From NCBI GenBank assembly GCA_010093745.1, contig MU006046.1, positions 1-40,611 on the forward strand: a stretch of DNA of 40,611 nt, read 5' to 3'. The notes beneath the pieces are model-generated. The model saw nothing but the letters and a program-made list of their open reading frames with translations, had not been told where the DNA came from and searched no databases. This DNA comes from Piedraia hortae CBS 480.64 (taxonomy: Eukaryota). Below, one piece after another: positions 35,567 through 40,611 of the stretch. The translations under genes were made by a program, and so were the position numbers. Position 1 is the stretch's first letter; each line of letters opens with the position of its first letter.

Positions 35567-35940
35567 TGTGACGGTCTCGATCTTGTCACTTGATTACTTT
35601 CCCCGGTTTCTCAGTTGTGATATTCCAATGCGGAGCATCTGATAAATGTCGGATTTCAGCCTGCAAACTTGTCCAGTGACAGGCTTGTGCCAAGCAACAT
35701 GTCACAATCTGCCTTAGGATCCCACAAATTTCAGACCGTGATAGCCTGAAAAGAATACTCTGTGACATCCTGATTGCAAATACCACAGGATTCAGGCCAT
35801 GACAGCCTGGAAAACAACGCCCTGTGACATCCTGATCTCAGGTCTCCTGGAACTCAGACTGTGACAGCCTGAAAACATGACCCTATGGTACCCTGATTTT
35901 AGGCATCAGGCGGTGGCAGCCTGATGCGGGATTGGCTGTG
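35567..35940. repeat. Subterminal repeat array and probable right terminus of the CACTA-like element
   Basis: About 10 spaced copies of a TGTGACA(G/T)CCTGA-like motif, ending in GGCTGTG (reverse complement CACAGCC, a CAC-type terminus) at 35940. Confidence 0.6.
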
Positions 35941-35965
35941 AATGTCCGTCCAGACGCACTCTGCA

Positions 35966-36950
35966 TGCCACCTATTGCTCTGTCCGGGTCTCCCGCCCTC
36001 AGCGGTGTTTTGTAGTCCACTAGGGGATTTTTGCACTCCTGGTTCCACCAAGGCGTACCTCGCCTCGCCCGTGGGTTCCTCTTCGGTAGCGACGCTTCCA
36101 TGGCACTTTTGATGTTGTTGATGAGAGAAGTGGCCAGCTCGTCGATGAAACCAGGTTCGGGTGTCACCTCGAATAGCGGGCGGATGGCATACGCTTCCCT
36201 GAGAGCCTCTTCGTCGCCGTCTCTGTAGACGCATCTAGATCGTTTCGCGTGGCTTTCGTTCTCGCCTCCGCAGGGGACCCTGGTGAATAGCGTCTCGTGG
36301 TCAGTCGTGCTGTGCAGGTGGGGTGCCACTTCGGTCCTGGTTCCTGGGACATTCGAAAACACCAGGTCTATCGTGCGGCTTCTGTTGTGAGTAGGGAATT
36401 CAGGTGTGTTGCACAGAGCGAGGTCGTTATCCTGCGTCCAATCTGCGAAAAGCTGTGCCTCAGCGGTGTTGCTGGCTCCGGGCTCCCACAGCCTCGAGCA
36501 CAGGTTGAAATCGCCTGCCATGAGAATTCTCGAGGGGAAGGTGCCAGTTGGAGACTGTAGCTGGTGGATGCAATCTGGGGCGCGCGTGCCAGCGTGCCGG
36601 TACACATTAGCCATGTCCAGCGAGCCGCTGTGCCCCAACGCTTTGACCCGGAAGATGTCCCGCGAGGGCCTGGGGGCACTCTGCAATCCACTCAAGCTTG
36701 ACGGTTTGAGAATGTAGGTCGCGGCCCTCGGTTTGAGATGTTCCTCGCCAAGAGCCAGTAATAGGGCATAGTCGGGGTGGTTTTGGTGAGAAATGCCTGG
36801 CTGGATCTGTCGAACACAGTCCATGGCTCCTGCACCGTAAAGTATGGCGGCGCCGATCAATGCGCCATGAGAGAGTATAAGGTCATGATTAGGACTGCCG
36901 TTTTGCACGTTCGCTTGCAGCAGGAAGATTATTCGACCGCGTTGGGATGA
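35966..36950 (-). mobile_element. LINE 5' fragment (endonuclease region), duplicate of 8110-9071
   Basis: NVYR, AGDFN, PTHNR..IDLVFSN, TDH, PWWNQEC. Reverse-complement match to copy A, truncated at ~35966. Confidence 0.9.
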
Positions 36951-37309
36951 GCGGCGGTTCCTTAACCCCCAGTGCTTCCCTTCAGAATTTCAGCCAAAAC
37001 ACATGACCATAAATCCCTCGATCATGGGAAATGCACATGAAATCCCTGGGCGCCCAACACCACCACAGAGCGTGGAGACATCCACAGCACGACGCGACTG
37101 AAGACTGGCGTCTGCCTCTGGAGGGACTCAACAAGGCCCTTCCTCATATGGTCTGGCGGCGGTGACCATATCGTGAATTGCACCGGTTCTCCCTATGGAA
37201 ACATTTACGGCAGGTTCAAGAAAGAGCTACAAATGTAGCGACACGGACCGACTGTATCGCTCAGTAAAGGGATCGGGACCGTTGGAAATTTGAACAAATT
37301 CAGATTCAT

Positions 37310-40300
37310 TCAGAAGGGGGCTTTGCCCGTAAAATGTAAAGCAGTAAAACCAGTCTCTATGTTGGGAACAACCATCGTTCGCCCGCACGAGAACCAACCA
37401 TAGGCTTGCAGCTGACCAGAGCGTTTGAACATCTTCCGACCATTGACAGTGATCCACTTTTCTGTAAGGTCCAAGGCGCAGATTTGTCGGCCTTGGAACA
37501 TCGACATCGATCTTGTCGAGGCGAAAGAGTCCGCCTGCGTTTGGGGCTGGCCAGCTTCGTTGGCTGCTAAGCTGTCCACGACAGGCAGGAACGTTGACGA
37601 CACGACGCGACCATCGATAAGTATCGAACCATCTTCAGGGCCCCGATCGAGTGTGCGCACAATGCACGCCTTTTCAATGTCCCATTCAGATATGCCATCC
37701 TTGGAGTCATGAGTGTAGAGCATCCGACCGTCTGCTGAGAAACATGCCTCATACGCAAAATGTTTAGAGCTCAGTACCAGCGGGGTTTGCGACTTCGGTC
37801 CCCAGATCCTTACTGTCTTGTCGTATGATGCCGATGCAAAGTTCTGCCTATCTGGAGAAATCGCTATGGCGGAGATCTTTCTCCTATGACCGGGGAATCT
37901 TTCTCGCAGAAGTCCACGTTCCAGATCAATAGCCCATATCTGACCGTCGGGCAAACCGCAAAGGAGTGTTTTGTTGTCTGCGGATAACGCAAGAGCGGTA
38001 TCATGGCCCGGTCTGCCCTTTAGCTCTCTCAAAACATTTGCTTCCATGTCCCAAACCAACACCACTTCTTCCGGGGATCAGCTTAAGGAGGCAACAACCA
38101 CGAAACGACTGTCCGATGAGATCAGGATCTGGCAGTGGTCAGGTTTCGAAAGCCTGTCATTTGTTAACTGCCGTTCGCAAATTCGCGTTTCGATGTTCCA
38201 AAGGCTGAGCTGGTTTCCCTGAGTCAATGAGGCGAGTGACCGTCCATTTGTTGACAGTGCAACCTTAGCGTAGCCAGTCCGATGCTGCGGGCTCTTCAAG
38301 ACTAGATCCACGTCCAGCTGTGCAATTTGTCCAACACCATCCCCCGCCCAGATTGTCTTCCCGTCGCGCGATGATGTCATGGCTGTGATTCCACTGGTTT
38401 CCAAGGGCAGTTTCATCGGCTCTTGTTGCGTTTGAAAGTCGTAGAGATTAAGACTATTCCAGTCACCAAAAAGAACTTTCTGGCTGTCTGGCGTAGCCAT
38501 GGGACATCTGGTGGAATGAAATGTGCTTCCTCGTACGATCTGCTCAACTTGGTGGGTGGTGCAGTGAAACACCGATATCGTGTCATCCTCAGACCCAAAG
38601 ACAACGAACTTGCCGTTAGGCGACATGGCAATCTGCCTGATAGCAGTACCAAGTTGGCATATCCTCTTGTTCCCAGCTTGTGGGCTCCATTTCCAGATGT
38701 CTGTGGATCCCGACAACAGCGTCTCACTATCCGACGAGAAGTGCAGGCACCGCACTCGAGACTTATGACCCTTGAGCACCTGTCCGGCGTCCTCATCGGC
38801 GTCCCAGATGTAAATCTCGCCGGTGTCCAAGCCCCAAGCGGCATATCGCCCGTTCGGAGAGACGGAAACGCTGTGTGCAAAGTCTGGCAGTTTGAGATCA
38901 ATCCGTCTGGCGTCGTCTTCCAAGTTCCACCTCCAATAAACTCCGGACGACGCGGCAATGACCACAATGTCTTCTCTGGGGAACGCTGAGGCGGCGCGAT
39001 AATAAATGTCAATTTCCGTACGTTTTTCTTCGGTGCCGCTTTCAACATCCCATAGTCGCACTGTCTTGTCCCATCCAACGGTGACAAGCCGTCTCCCGTC
39101 GATTGAAGGCGCTATCGACAGTATTTGATCAGTATGCCCCTTCAGGGTTTGCAACTCAAAGCCCCAATCAGTCGCGACTGACCGCAAAACTTGCAAAAAC
39201 TCTTCCATCTCACTTCTGAAGGTATTTCGCACAACACTGTTGCTCGGCGCAAAAGCCAGTGCTGAGAGATATGTCTGAAGGTGTATCGCCGATCAGGTTT
39301 CGGTTTGCTGGTACCCATCTTAGCGCATCGGCGACAAAGGCGTGTAGCTTGGGCGAAGATTTCGACTGCGCAGGGTTAGGCATACTTTTGGCAGACTGAA
39401 ACGGAAGCGATACATACGTCGATGGCCTTTTGCAGCTGCTTTAGGCATATTATCATTTCCCCAAGCTTGTCCAGCCACGCCATTGTCTCTGTCCAGTAAA
39501 GGAAACCTTCACGCAAGAAATGATCCACTGCTTCGACAACTTCGAGTGTCTTGTTGCTTTTGACTGCATGGCTGGTCCAGAAGCGGCAGGCATACTGTAC
39601 GGACTCTGGGATGTGCTTCTCGACATCCTCGGCGGACACACCTTCGCGTTCCGTTGCTGCATCTTTCAGCTTGCACACGTCGCGGCCGAGCTTGTTCTTG
39701 AGCAAATCTAGACATCTCGTTAGGAGAATGCCGTGGGTCTCGCCTTTGTCGATGGAGAACTGGGATTTGTCCTTAGAATTGGAAGCCATCAGAAAGTCTC
39801 GGAAGGATTCATGATAAATCCGTACCGTGGCCCGAGAGCCTGTTCTCGCCTCCTTTCCGGTCGGGAAGTCGATTACCGAACTCAAGGGTTTGAGAGCATT
39901 CGGAACAACCATGTTATCTCCTTCCCCCAGCAAATCCGTCAGCGCCGGAATGGTGAGTGGGGAATGCAGAAGCGCGATTGGTTTGATAACTTGACTGAAC
40001 CATTGAAGCCACTCGTTGTCGAAATCAGCGGCTTGTTTCAGAATACCAGAGTAAATCACGGTCAGTGTATCCGTTCCAGTGAATTTGAGCCGTTCGACCC
40101 ACTCTTGAAGCCGCTTTCGTGGATTGTTGCTCACTTCCCTGAATATCGTAGATGCCGCGATGAACATTGGATTTGATATTTTCACAAGTTTGTTGACAAT
40201 GCCTTCTCCAGGCCAGTCATCCTCCAGCTCGTCATAGCTAGAACCCTTCCTGCTCTGCTCCCGAAGCTTTCTCAGTTCATCGTAACAAAACGACCTCAAG

Positions 40301-40611
40301 TCGCCTTCGATGGTACTCGATTGCCAGTTCTCAAGCCTCTCATGCCGGAGATCCTTGTGCTCCAACCCGCTTAGCTTGTCCCCGATCTTGTTGTCGGACC
40401 GGCTCGTCACAAAAACTCTTAGGTTCATGGAGCTTTGTGCACGAAGTCTTGGCCAAAGGGTCATCGCATGACCTATCGCTTCCCAGTCCTCGCACTCGTC
40501 GAGTGCATCGATAACGATCGCCCTGACATCGGTTGCAGACCCCGTGTTATACCCTGAAAGCGGTCCCTCAATGAGCATCTCGAACTGCTCTTTCAAGGCC
40601 TTTGAATTTGC
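37310..40611 (-). pseudogene. NACHT-WD40 NLR, copy B (5' part outside window), disrupted
   Basis: Paralog of copy A with the same intron (39366-39417). It has a 2-nt deletion at 39280/39281 and an in-frame TGA at 38078-38080 where copy A has CAA. Confidence 0.85.

Larger units (their letters stand above)
35966..40611 (-). repeat. Inverted segmental duplication, arm B (runs off window end)
   Basis: Reverse complement of 4354-9071, including the NLR 3' region, the 3' spacer and the LINE start. Confidence 0.95.

Noticed and set aside
35567..35940. Spaced short repeats resembling a CRISPR array
   Set aside because: Eukaryotic context, degenerate ~13-nt units, irregular spacing and no cas genes; they fit transposon subterminal repeats.
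9072..35965. Central block as cargo of a Starship or giant transposon
   Set aside because: No DUF3435 tyrosine recombinase is visible, the enclosed genes are ordinary housekeeping genes, and the flanking repeats are gene duplicates rather than TIRs.

Overview
Fungal genomic DNA, probably a filamentous ascomycete with a compact genome and ~50-nt introns. A tightly packed core of conserved genes at 14.8-26.1 kb (CTR86/ataxin-10-like, an orphan ORF, GIT1-like MFS permease, ICP55, a 2OG-Fe(II) oxygenase, a Slm1-like BAR-PH protein) sits between two zones of decayed transposons. These zones hold a hAT-like transposase, a Tad1-like LINE, solo LTRs, a CACTA/EnSpm-like transposase and a kinase pseudogene split by a solo LTR. 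The dominant structure is a >=4.7-kb inverted duplication (4354-9071 vs 35966-40611) enclosing ~27 kb. Each arm carries a HET-E-like NACHT-WD40 (NLR) gene plus the same downstream LINE insertion. The two convergent NLR paralogs are sharply mosaic, with near-identical tracts next to strongly diverged ones. They differ at HET-E-type hypervariable WD40 positions, and both are interrupted at nearly the same point of the WD40 region by different lesions. All comparisons were made by eye; no database search was run.
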